A stretch of DNA of 23,064 nucleotides from Nitrospirota bacterium (lineage in GTDB: Bacteria > Nitrospirota > UBA9217). The notes below the pieces were generated by a model. The model ran no database searches. It had not been told where the DNA came from and saw only the letters and a list, made by a program, of their open reading frames with translations. A program made the position numbers and the translations under genes. The stretch covers positions 1 through 23,064 of the forward strand of contig JAOUEV010000054.1 in NCBI GenBank assembly GCA_029858565.1, in the 5' to 3' direction. Below are positions 8,308-17,047 of the stretch, piece by piece (positions within the stretch are counted from its first letter, which is position 1; every line of letters starts with the position of its first letter).

Positions 8308-10392
8308 TTACGCCTTGGCAACGCTCACGAAACATTCGAGGTAGGCGACGCCGCCGCCCACGGGATCCACGGTCTCGAGCAGGCCGATTTCGAATTTCGT
8401 GTCGCTCAGGCCTTTCTGATAGGACCGGGTCTTCAGCGGGATATCGCTCCCGAACCCGTGCACCATGAAGACCGCCTCGGGATGGATGTGGGGCGTCACC
8501 TTGGCCTTGATCTTCCCGCGATAGCCGCCGGACGAGACCTCGACCGTGTCGCCGTCCTTGACGCCCAGGGCCTGCGCTTCCGCATCGTTGATCCAGAGCG
8601 CGTTCTCCGGCATCAGCTCGTTGAGGTAGATGTTGTTCTGGGACTGGGCATGGGTATGGACGGCGCTCCTGCCGAACAGCAGCCGGAACGACCCCTTGTC
8701 CGGCTTTTTGGGCGGCGTGTATGCCTTGAAGGACGGGAACCCGGCCTTCGCCAGGTCCTCGGAAACAAGCTCGATCTTTCCCGAAGGCGTCTTGAATTTC
8801 AGCGCGTTCCGGTCCTGCAGAATGGCCGCTTTGGCGAGGCCCACCGATCCTTTCGCGGAAAAATCCTCGATTTTCACGCCGGTGTTTTCCAGCTGGTAGT
8901 TCCAGATGTCCTCGATGCTCTTGTAAGGGAAGTATTCCCCCGCGCCCATCCGGTGGACGATGCTCGTGAAGATCTCCCAGGCGGGCTTGCTGTCGTACCT
9001 CGGCGGAACGGCCTGCCGCCGCATGACGAAGGAAGGCTTCTGCCCCTTTGCCGTGCCGATGATGTTCGACCGCTCCAGGTAGGTCGCTTCGGGAAGAATC
9101 ACGTCTGCGAACCACCCGGTCTGGCTGTAGTTGACGTCGATGGAAACCAGCAGGTCGAGGCCGGCCAGGACCTTCTTCTGCGCCTCGGGATCGGGCAACG
9201 ACGCGATCGGGTCGTAGCGGTAGGCGAAGTAGGCCTTGATGGGATAGGGTTCGCCGGTTTTGATCGCCTTGTACAGGTTCACCACGTGTCCCGTGCCGAA
9301 GGGTTTGTTCTTCATTGCCGCGTCGGCGATCTTGTCCTTGGGCTCGGGAATCTTCGCTCCCAGGGACTGCAGCGGTTTCCTGCCTGCGTCCGACGGCCCC
9401 TTGGCGATGATCATGCCTCCCTTGGTCTCGATGTTTCCCATCAGCGCGTTCAGGATATAGAGCGTCCTGCTGGCGTAGAAGGAGTCCACATACCGGGCCA
9501 GCATCCACCCGGGATGGAAGATCACCTTCGGCTTTGCGCTGCTGAAGTCGCGGGCCAGGCTGACGATCTCCTGGGCGGGGATACCGGTCTCCTGTTCGGC
9601 CCACTCCGGCGTATAGGGCGCGACGAAGTTTTCGAGCTCCGTGATGCCGCTGACGTATTTATTCACGAAATCGGGGTCGTAGAGCCGTTCCTGCAGCACC
9701 GTCCGGATGAGCGCGAGGTTGAGCGCGTAATCCGTTCCCGGCCGGATCATGAGGAACCGGTCCGCTTTCGACGCCGTGACCGTTGCCCGGGTGTCGATAT
9801 AGGTCAGCTTCGCGCCGCGCTCCATGCCGTCAAGGATATTGTTCACCTCCTTGACCTGCAGCGATTCGAAGACGTTCCGTCCGTACAGGACGATGTGGCC
9901 CGCGTTGGCGAAGTCATAAGCCAGCTCCGCGCGGCTGTTGAACCCGAAGAGGCTCCTGCACGCCATGTCCACGTTCTTGCCGCAGGTGTCGTCATGGTTG
10001 AAATAGTTGGCCGAGCCCAGCGCCTTCAGGAAGCTCGTGGTCAGGTCCGTGAACGGGCCGCTCCGGTCGGAAAGCGCGATGGCCCTGCCGCCGTGCTTCG
10101 CAGCGACCTCCTTCAGCTTTCCCGTGATATACTCGAGCGCTTCGTCCCAGGTCGCCCGTTTCCACTTCCCCGAGCCCCGCTCGCCGTCCCTGATCATGGG
10201 GAACTGGGGCCGCTCGGCGTCGTATTCGAACGCAAGGCCGGCCGAGCCTTTTGCGCAAAGACTCCCTTCCAGGCCCGGCTCGTGGGGGTTCCCTTCGATC
10301 CATTTCACCGCGCCGTCTTCCGTCTCCACGCGGATGGAGCAGCGGACCGCGCACATGCCGCACATGCTGTATACCGACGATGTTTCTCCCAT
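8308..10392 (-). CDS. Molybdopterin oxidoreductase catalytic subunit, PsrA/PhsA (polysulfide/thiosulfate reductase)-like, without Tat signal
   Basis: CGMCAVRC..LCAKG FS0 motif within the first residues; NHDDTC at the Cys-ligand position; IRPGTD, ADVILP..YLER, C-terminal HPEAVFMVHGFG; start at ATG 10392 after GGAGG. Confidence 0.9.
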   Translation of the reverse strand: MGETSSVYSMCGMCAVRCSIRVETEDGAVKWIEGNPHEPGLEGSLCAKGSAGLAFEYDAERPQFPMIRDGERGSGKWKRATWDEALEYITGKLKEVAAKHGGRAIALSDRSGPFTDLTTSFLKALGSANYFNHDDTCGKNVDMACRSLFGFNSRAELAYDFANAGHIVLYGRNVFESLQVKEVNNILDGMERGAKLTYIDTRATVTASKADRFLMIRPGTDYALNLALIRTVLQERLYDPDFVNKYVSGITELENFVAPYTPEWAEQETGIPAQEIVSLARDFSSAKPKVIFHPGWMLARYVDSFYASRTLYILNALMGNIETKGGMIIAKGPSDAGRKPLQSLGAKIPEPKDKIADAAMKNKPFGTGHVVNLYKAIKTGEPYPIKAYFAYRYDPIASLPDPEAQKKVLAGLDLLVSIDVNYSQTGWFADVILPEATYLERSNIIGTAKGQKPSFVMRRQAVPPRYDSKPAWEIFTSIVHRMGAGEYFPYKSIEDIWNYQLENTGVKIEDFSAKGSVGLAKAAILQDRNALKFKTPSGKIELVSEDLAKAGFPSFKAYTPPKKPDKGSFRLLFGRSAVHTHAQSQNNIYLNELMPENALWINDAEAQALGVKDGDTVEVSSGGYRGKIKAKVTPHIHPEAVFMVHGFGSDIPLKTRSYQKGLSDTKFEIGLLETVDPVGGGVAYLECFVSVAKA

Positions 10393-10420
10393 GGTTTCCT
10401 CCCGCATGGTCTCTTGCGAA

Positions 10421-10457
10421 GCTCCCCTCCCCCGGGCCGCAGCAGGGGGAGGGGGGC
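10421..10457. repeat. GC-rich intergenic hairpin without U-tract
   Basis: GCTCCCCTCCCCC (10421-10433) pairs with GGGGGAGGGGGGC (10445-10457). Confidence 0.65.
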
Positions 10458-10465
10458 GCTCCGGA

Positions 10466-10855
10466 TCAGTACACTCCCAGCAGGTTCAGGGCGAGAATGA
10501 CCAGCCCCGCCACGGCGACCCGCTTGACCGTCGTCGGGCTTATCCGCTTGGCGATCTGCGGGGCGATGTAGCCGCCGAGGATCGCCGCGGGAAACATGAT
10601 GAGGAAAAAGACCAGGTCGAAATTTCCGAACTGGTAGTGCCGCATCGTCCCCATGAGCGTGTTGAAGAAGATCGCGAGCAGCGAACTCCCGACCACCACG
10701 TACATGGGAAGTCCCAGCCCCACGGTCATGAGCGGCACCATGAACGGCCCGCCGCCGAACCCGAACATGGAAGAAACCACGGCGATGAGAAATCCGCCGA
10801 TGCATCCCAGAACAATATTGATTTTGAACTCGTGACCCCAGAAATGTACGATCAT
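10466..10855 (-). CDS. TauE/SafE-family transporter half-module (about 4 TM)
   Basis: SSMFGFGGGPFMVP, VVGSSL, ILGGYIAP; GGAGG RBS. Confidence 0.85.
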   Translation of the reverse strand: MIVHFWGHEFKINIVLGCIGGFLIAVVSSMFGFGGGPFMVPLMTVGLGLPMYVVVGSSLLAIFFNTLMGTMRHYQFGNFDLVFFLIMFPAAILGGYIAPQIAKRISPTTVKRVAVAGLVILALNLLGVY

Positions 10856-10890
10856 GGCATGCCTCCCTGCCTTCCGGTTGTAGGATTGCG

Positions 10891-12171
10891 TTAATTGCCT
10901 TTCTTCGCCTTTGCCGCGTCTTCGGCCTGCTTCTTGAACTGCTTCATGATGTCCTGCTCTTTCTTGTTCTTTTCGAGGTACCCCGGCGTCGTTTGCCAGA
11001 ACATCAGTCCCGCGAGCACGAGCAGGATCCAGCCGAAGACGAACTTGAACTGCGCCAGGGTGATCATCTCGGTCAGCTTCGGACCGATGAATCCGCCGGC
11101 CACCATGGCCAGGCCGATGGCAACGCCCAGCTTCCAGCTGATGAACTTGATCTTCGAGTAATTATAGATGCCGCTGCCCTGGGAAAAGAGCACCGTGGGC
11201 ATCACCGTCCCGGCGACCACGGTATGCGGCAGGGGCCAGATGGAAACGAGCAGGGGATTCATGATGAACCCGCCGCCTGCGCCCATCAGCACGCCGAAAA
11301 TCGCGATGGCGAGCGTCAGGAAGAACGGTCCGAACAGATTGACGCTCGTTCCCCCGTTGCTCAGGTAGACGAGGGGAAAGGCGATCCTGTTTTCGAACGT
11401 CACGGGCTGGCTTTTCGCGGTCTTGTCCACGGCCGCGACGATATTGTATTTGCCAGGCGCAAGGCCGGCGCGGATTTTTATTTCCGCCCGGTACGTCCCG
11501 TTGGGATGCATTTCCACGTCCGCGCTCATGACCTTGTCCACCGACCGGAAGCGGGCTTTCACGAGCTGCATGGACCGCTTTGCGTTTTCCTTCTCATCCA
11601 TGGAGGAAAGCGGGGCGCCGCGGGACCCGATGATGCTGCCCATGAGCGTTGCCTGGTACCGATCGACCGCCTTGGCGGCCGGCGCCGAGTAGACCGCGTC
11701 CGCGCCCACGTCCTTAAGCGCCTTGGAGAACGACCATTTGCCGCCTTCCTGCTTGATCTTGACGAGCGTTTCCTTGTGCTCCTTCGGCACGAACATCTTG
11801 TAATAGGCGGGCATGTCATGGGTCATATAGAGAATATAGGGCCGTTTTCCCGTATCTTTGTCCACGTCGGCATCGAACCGCGAGGCCCGCACCGTCTTTT
11901 CCGCCCACACTTCGAGGTAAACCGGCTTGCCCACCGGCGCGGTCCCCGTCACAACGATCGTTCCGCCGTTGTCTAAGGCGGTCTTGTCGATCTGCACTGT
12001 CGGCGCCGCTGCCGGCGGCTGGCTTTTTCCGGCCCCCTGCGCTGGCGATTGCACTCCGGCCTTTGGCGCAGGCGCATGCTGCGCCGGCTTTTCGGCAAAG
12101 GCGCCGTTTTGCCAAAGGATAACGAAAGCAGCGGTCATTGCAACAGCAAGAGACAACCAAGAACGTTTCAT
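10891..12171 (-). CDS. Signal peptide + large extracytoplasmic domain fused to a TauE/SafE half-module
   Basis: N-terminal signal ending AFA, Pro/Ala linker, soluble domain, then FGVLMGAGGGFIMNP, VAGTV, GGFIGPKLT; AAGGAGG RBS. Confidence 0.85.
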   Translation of the reverse strand: MKRSWLSLAVAMTAAFVILWQNGAFAEKPAQHAPAPKAGVQSPAQGAGKSQPPAAAPTVQIDKTALDNGGTIVVTGTAPVGKPVYLEVWAEKTVRASRFDADVDKDTGKRPYILYMTHDMPAYYKMFVPKEHKETLVKIKQEGGKWSFSKALKDVGADAVYSAPAAKAVDRYQATLMGSIIGSRGAPLSSMDEKENAKRSMQLVKARFRSVDKVMSADVEMHPNGTYRAEIKIRAGLAPGKYNIVAAVDKTAKSQPVTFENRIAFPLVYLSNGGTSVNLFGPFFLTLAIAIFGVLMGAGGGFIMNPLLVSIWPLPHTVVAGTVMPTVLFSQGSGIYNYSKIKFISWKLGVAIGLAMVAGGFIGPKLTEMITLAQFKFVFGWILLVLAGLMFWQTTPGYLEKNKKEQDIMKQFKKQAEDAAKAKKGN

Positions 12172-12253
12172 AAGGCTTCCTCCTTGCGCGCGATAGTGAA
12201 CATCGTTTTCTCCCCCCTGGTTAAGAAGTAAGTGAATTACCGGAATAGATTAA

Positions 12254-12270
12254 TGCAAAGGTTTTGCCGA
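12254..12270 (-). promoter_or_regulatory. Sigma-54 -24/-12 promoter
   Basis: Minus strand TCGGCAAAACCTTTGCA = GG-N10-GC with TTGCA; about 80 bp upstream of 12171, next to a GAFTGA activator gene. Confidence 0.85.
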
Positions 12271-12275
12271 TAACC

Positions 12276-12288
12276 CAATCTATTGATA
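12276..12288 (-). promoter_or_regulatory. IHF binding site
   Basis: Minus strand TATCAATAGATTG matches WATCAANNNNTTR exactly, between the UAS and -24. Confidence 0.7.
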
Positions 12289-12322
12289 AAGCGGAGTTTT
12301 GACAGGAGACTTGCCTGATGGG

Positions 12323-12383
12323 CGTTCCCGGAATGGAACAGAGCGAGGGGTTATTTTGCAGGACGTGTTCCCGGCAGGGAACA
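12323..12383. promoter_or_regulatory. Two palindromic upstream activator sequences (TGTTCC-N6-GGAACA)
   Basis: cGTTCCCGGAATGGAACA (12323-12340) and TGTTCCCGGCAGGGAACA (12366-12383), 43 bp apart. Confidence 0.8.
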
Positions 12384-12388
12384 ACGAA

Positions 12389-13747
12389 TCATTCGATTTG
12401 ATATTCCTTTATTTTCTTCCAGAGCACTTTCCTGGTAATGCCGAGGCGTTTTGCCGCGTCCATTTTTTTGCCTCCTGTTTCCTTCAAAGCCGCGATGATT
12501 TTCTGTTTCTCGAAGCACTTGATGCTGGAGTCGAGAGAAAGGTCCTCGGAAACGCACGGCATGGCCGCGGCCCCTCCCGCGACTTCCTCGGGAAGATGCT
12601 CGATGTTGATGACGCCGTTCTTCGCAAGGATAACCGCCCGCTCGATCGCGTGTTTCAGTTCCCGCACATTGCCGGAGTACCGGTGCGCAAGCAGTGCGTT
12701 GTACGCGGACACGGACAGGGACAGTCCGGCCTTGTCGTATTTCGTCCTGAAATTGGCAAGAAAATGATCGATCAGACAGGGGATGTCCTCCCCCCGGTCC
12801 TGCAGCGGCGGCAGCACAATGGGAACCACGTTGATCCGGTAGTAGAGATCTTCCCGGAATGTTCCTGCCGCGATGCGCTCCTTGAGGTTCTTGCTCGTGG
12901 CGAACAGGCCGCGCACATCCGCCTTGAGCGGAACGTTGCTTCCCAGGCGGGTTATGATGCCGTCCTCCAGCACCCGCAGCAGTTTCGGCTGGAGCGACAG
13001 AGGAATATCTCCGATTTCATCGAAAAAGATCGTCCCGCCGCCGGCATACTCGAACTTGCCCTTCCGTGCCTCCACGGCGCCCGTGAAAGCGCCCTTTTCA
13101 TAGCCGAAGAGTTCGGACTCGAAGAGGCTTTCCGGGATGGCCGCGCAGTTGATCTTGATGAACGGTTTCCCGGCACGGGGACTCAGCCGGTGAAGAGCGT
13201 TTGCCGCCAGTTCCTTGCCGGTGCCGCTCTCGCCCTGAATGAGCACGGGCACGTCCGTTCCCGCGACGGACCCAATGCGGCCGAACACGTCCTTCATCGC
13301 GGCGCTGATGCCGATGAAGTTCTCGAATTCCGTTTTCTCCCGCAGCGTCTCTTTCAGGAAGACTACTTCTTCTTCGAGCTTCCGGTAGTTGAAAAACCGT
13401 TCCACGGAGATCAGGAGCTCTTCATTGGAAAAGGGCTTGGCGAGATAATCGAACGCCCCGTTCTTGATGGCCTGGACCGCGGTCTTTATCTCCGCATGGC
13501 CGGTAATCATGATGACGCCGGGCGGGGGGGACCCGGCCCGCGCCTTTTCAAGGACCGCGAACCCGTCGGCGTGCGGAAGCTTCAGGTCCGTAATGACCAG
13601 ATCATACGCCGCGGTTTCCAGGGCATGCAGGCCCTCGCGGCCGTCGGCGCGCGCGTCGACCCCGTATCCCTGATAAGCGAGGAAATGGCTCATCCCCAGC
13701 CGCATGGTGGGATCATCTTCCACGATCAGAACGCGTTTTTTCGTCAT
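12389..13747 (-). CDS. Sigma-54-dependent NtrC-family response regulator (REC-AAA+-Fis HTH)
   Basis: VEDD, TDLKLP, GESGTGKE, ESELFGYEKGAFTGA, FFDEIG, FREDLYYRINV, GNVREL, AAKRLGITRKVLWKK. Confidence 0.96.
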   Translation of the reverse strand: MTKKRVLIVEDDPTMRLGMSHFLAYQGYGVDARADGREGLHALETAAYDLVITDLKLPHADGFAVLEKARAGSPPPGVIMITGHAEIKTAVQAIKNGAFDYLAKPFSNEELLISVERFFNYRKLEEEVVFLKETLREKTEFENFIGISAAMKDVFGRIGSVAGTDVPVLIQGESGTGKELAANALHRLSPRAGKPFIKINCAAIPESLFESELFGYEKGAFTGAVEARKGKFEYAGGGTIFFDEIGDIPLSLQPKLLRVLEDGIITRLGSNVPLKADVRGLFATSKNLKERIAAGTFREDLYYRINVVPIVLPPLQDRGEDIPCLIDHFLANFRTKYDKAGLSLSVSAYNALLAHRYSGNVRELKHAIERAVILAKNGVINIEHLPEEVAGGAAAMPCVSEDLSLDSSIKCFEKQKIIAALKETGGKKMDAAKRLGITRKVLWKKIKEYQIE

Positions 13748-15375
13748 AATAGCCGCAGATGCACGGTAAAGGTCGTCCCCGCTTCCGAGGTTTCCGCCGT
13801 GATCTCTCCTTTATGCTGCTCAATGATCGCCTTGCTCACCGAGAGTCCCAGGCCGGTCCCTTCGCCCGAGTCCTTGGTGGTGAAGAACGGGTCGAAGATC
13901 CGCGGCAGGACCTCGCGAGGGATCCCCTTGCCCGTGTCGGAGAGGGACACCCGGCACGTATTCCCCTCACAAGCCGTCCGAACGGTCAATATACCGCCGC
14001 CGTCCATGGCCTGGACCGCGTTGATGACCAGATTCAGAAAGACCTGTTCCAGTTTGCTTGCGTCAGCCGTAACTTCAGGCATGTCCGCGGCAAATTGCTC
14101 CTTGATCGAGATCCCTTTCTTCGCAACAGTGTATTCCGAAAGCCGCAGCACGTTGCTCAAAATAGCATGGATCGATGTCCGGGACATGCGCAGCTCCGAA
14201 TGCTTGGAATAATCGAGCAGCTGTTTTACGATGCGCTGGATCCTGTCGAAGCCGGACCTGATGACCTCGATATGCTGCCGCCGGGTGTCTTCGTCCATCT
14301 TCGTTTCGATCAGGTTGTTGAAGCACAGGCTGATCCCGCCCAGCGGATTGTTGATCTCATGGGCGACGCCCGCGGCTATCTGACCGAGCGCCGAGAGCCT
14401 GTCGAGCCGGAATTTCTCCCGGTTCGCCTCTTCAAGCTCCTGCAGGTTGTTCTTCAGGTCGCCGACCATCTGGTTGAAGACCTCGACCAGTTCCCCCACC
14501 TCGTCGCCGCACGACTCCCGGTAGATAATGCACTTCTTGCAATCACAGATCTTTTCGGCGATACCGCCCTGTTCGCAGCCGAAGCATTTAGTGCCCGGGA
14601 TCGTCCAGCACCGCGTTTTTCCGTATGCCGGGCAGTCCTGCCGGGCGCAGCGCAGGACTTCCCAGCAGTTCAGCAGGTGGTCATTGGGGACCGTTATATC
14701 GAGGTTCCCGGCCTGCACTTCCTCCATTTTCTCCTTCAGTTTTTTCATGGGGATGGTAAGCTGCCTCGCCAGGACCGTCGCGCTCCCGATGCCGACGACG
14801 ATGACAAACCCCGAAATGAGAAAGATGTACCGTTCAAGGTCCTGCATGTTCCTGGTTACGATCCCGTCCGTGCTGTCACGGGAAAAACCGGCGATGACTA
14901 TGCCGAGGACCTCATACCCGATCTGAACGGGAACGATGATCTTCTTGATCCCGTCCTGCTGGCCGTCGTCGATATGGGTTTCCCGTTCCGAAAGAACGCG
15001 CGTTGCCTGGTTTTGCAAGGCAGGCGAAATTGCCCTGCCGAGAAAGGTCCGCGCCGTATGGGCCACGATGCGCTTGTCCCTGTCGGCAACGAGTGCATAG
15101 CTGAGCCCCGACAGCTGCGCGGACGTCTGCACCAGTTCGTCGAGCTTGAGCGGATCCATCACAATAAGGGGCACCACCGCGTCGTTGGCGAGGTTTTTCG
15201 CGATGAAAAGCTGCTTATTCTCCAGTTCGGCCCTCAGAACGCCCTTCTGGTGGTTCACGATAAGCAGGTTCAGCGTCACCGTCATGATGATGATCAGGAA
15301 AATGACGCCGAGGGAAAATTTCCCGAAGATGCTCAGTTTTCGGAATATGGCGGATACCTGCTGTTTCATGATCAA
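13744..15375 (-). CDS. Membrane sensor histidine kinase with Cys-rich two-CW insertion in HAMP
   Basis: Two TMs; GVAHEINNPL, QVFLNLVINA, DTGKGI, FDPFFTTK, GTGLGL; 4-bp overlaps with both neighbours. Confidence 0.94.
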   Translation of the reverse strand: MIMKQQVSAIFRKLSIFGKFSLGVIFLIIIMTVTLNLLIVNHQKGVLRAELENKQLFIAKNLANDAVVPLIVMDPLKLDELVQTSAQLSGLSYALVADRDKRIVAHTARTFLGRAISPALQNQATRVLSERETHIDDGQQDGIKKIIVPVQIGYEVLGIVIAGFSRDSTDGIVTRNMQDLERYIFLISGFVIVVGIGSATVLARQLTIPMKKLKEKMEEVQAGNLDITVPNDHLLNCWEVLRCARQDCPAYGKTRCWTIPGTKCFGCEQGGIAEKICDCKKCIIYRESCGDEVGELVEVFNQMVGDLKNNLQELEEANREKFRLDRLSALGQIAAGVAHEINNPLGGISLCFNNLIETKMDEDTRRQHIEVIRSGFDRIQRIVKQLLDYSKHSELRMSRTSIHAILSNVLRLSEYTVAKKGISIKEQFAADMPEVTADASKLEQVFLNLVINAVQAMDGGGILTVRTACEGNTCRVSLSDTGKGIPREVLPRIFDPFFTTKDSGEGTGLGLSVSKAIIEQHKGEITAETSEAGTTFTVHLRLL

Positions 15376-17045
15376 TATTGCCGGAGCCCCTCGAACTCAG
15401 CGTCACTGCTTGCCCGAAATCCCCGGATTTTAGCGGCCCCCAGGACGTTCCGGTCGTTCAAATCAACGAGCAGCCGCGCGACCTTTTTCACCAAAGAGGG
15501 ATTGGTCTTGCCGCAGAGCGAAAAAGGCCAGTTCGGGAGCGACTGGGTGCGGGTCAGAACCCGGATCTGCCGCATATCGATCTCGCCCTTCAGCACTTCG
15601 AGCGCCGATTCCCTGACGAAACCCGCGTCCGCCTGGCCCTTATAAACGCCGAGGATGACGTTTTCCTGCCTCTTCGCCTCCCGGACCATCAAGTCCCGCT
15701 CAACGGAGATTCCCCTCTGTTGCAAGAAGAGCTTCTGCGAAAGGTACCCCCCCGCGGATTTCGCAGAGACGACCAGGACGTTTTTCCCCCGCAGGTCCTC
15801 GACGGTCCTGATCTTGCTGTCGGCCCGCGTGATGATAACCCCGCGAAACCTGTCGCCTGCCGCTCCCTCGCCGGCAGTCGCCCCTTCCTCCCCGATCGTC
15901 GTCACGAGCGGCGTGAGACGCACGGTCCGGTCGATCAGCGAAAACACGTAGGGATTCTGGTAGGAAAAGTTCACGTTTCCCTTCTTTACCACCTCCACGA
16001 ATTCCTCGAAGTCCCGGGGGATGACGAGCTTGAATTCATACCCGGTTTTCCGAGAAAGGTACCGCATGAGCGGATCATACCGTTCGAAGAGGGTAATGGC
16101 GGAATACAAGGGGAGGATGGCGACTTTGATCGTATTCGGTCCGTACTCGATGTAGTTCTTCCCCGAGAGGTTCTTGATCATGACCCTGACGGCGTCGAAG
16201 TCCCTGTCCTGGGCAGGCGTAAAACGCCCGATCTGCCCGTCTTTCGTCCGTTCCCGGTCCGGCGCGTCCGGGGGGGCAACGAGACCGCGAACGATCAATT
16301 CGCGCGTCGCGGGACTCAGGTCGCGGGACGCGCACAGCACGAGCCGGGAAATTTCCTCGGATTTTTTCAAGACGGTCAGGCCGTCCGCCAGATATTTCTC
16401 CGCCACCAGCTGGCTCAAAGCGCCGGCGTCATGATCGCCGATCAGCACGGAAAGCGCCACGCTGTCTTCCTGCTGAAAGTGATCGACCGCGGCGAAGTCC
16501 TCGGCGCCGATGCCGACGTCCTTGAGCATTGCAAGAGGCGCCAGGTGGCCGAAGGTGGAACGCTGATGGCCGAAGGCGATGCGCTTCCCCTTCAGCTCAA
16601 CGATTTTTTCCATGCCCCTGTCCTGCTTGACGATGAGCACGCTGCGGGACAGCTCGCCCTCCTGTTTCGCCGTTTTGACGAGAGGGATGACCTTCTCTCC
16701 GTAGCGGGCCCGCGCCTCGCAATAGGTGGAGGGATCGAGGCAGGCGATGTGGATCTGGCCGTTCCCGATCTCACGAATGATGGTATCGTAGTCCTTGGCG
16801 ATTTTAATCGTAACGCGTCTCTTTAGCGTATGCTCGAGGGAATACTTCAGCGGCAGCAATCGCCCGTACAGGCTGGCGGCGCTTTCTGCGGGAATGATGG
16901 ATATCCGTAACGCCGGCCCAGCTGAGATGCCGGACAGGTCCTGCTGATCATTCTTCGGAGGAGGGAGAGAAGGTGCGGCAGTATTCTGGCAGGAACAAGA
17001 AAGCAACGCGCCGAACAGAACAAAGGATATGAGTTTTTTTCGCAT
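15372..17045 (-). CDS. Lipoprotein with two tandem PhnD-like (phosphate/phosphonate-type) substrate-binding domains
   Basis: Lipobox LLSC; duplicated motifs LKGKRIAFGHQRSTFGHLAP / LRGKNVLVVSAKSAGGYLSQ and VALSVLIGDHDAG / VILGVYKGQADAG. Confidence 0.88.
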   Translation of the reverse strand: MRKKLISFVLFGALLSCSCQNTAAPSLPPPKNDQQDLSGISAGPALRISIIPAESAASLYGRLLPLKYSLEHTLKRRVTIKIAKDYDTIIREIGNGQIHIACLDPSTYCEARARYGEKVIPLVKTAKQEGELSRSVLIVKQDRGMEKIVELKGKRIAFGHQRSTFGHLAPLAMLKDVGIGAEDFAAVDHFQQEDSVALSVLIGDHDAGALSQLVAEKYLADGLTVLKKSEEISRLVLCASRDLSPATRELIVRGLVAPPDAPDRERTKDGQIGRFTPAQDRDFDAVRVMIKNLSGKNYIEYGPNTIKVAILPLYSAITLFERYDPLMRYLSRKTGYEFKLVIPRDFEEFVEVVKKGNVNFSYQNPYVFSLIDRTVRLTPLVTTIGEEGATAGEGAAGDRFRGVIITRADSKIRTVEDLRGKNVLVVSAKSAGGYLSQKLFLQQRGISVERDLMVREAKRQENVILGVYKGQADAGFVRESALEVLKGEIDMRQIRVLTRTQSLPNWPFSLCGKTNPSLVKKVARLLVDLNDRNVLGAAKIRGFRASSDAEFEGLRQY

Positions 17046-17047
17046 AA

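Noticed and set aside
7757-9604. 615-aa minus-strand alternative-frame ORF (also 4945-5976)
   Set aside because: Arg/Gly-rich off-frame read overlapping genes with clear motifs
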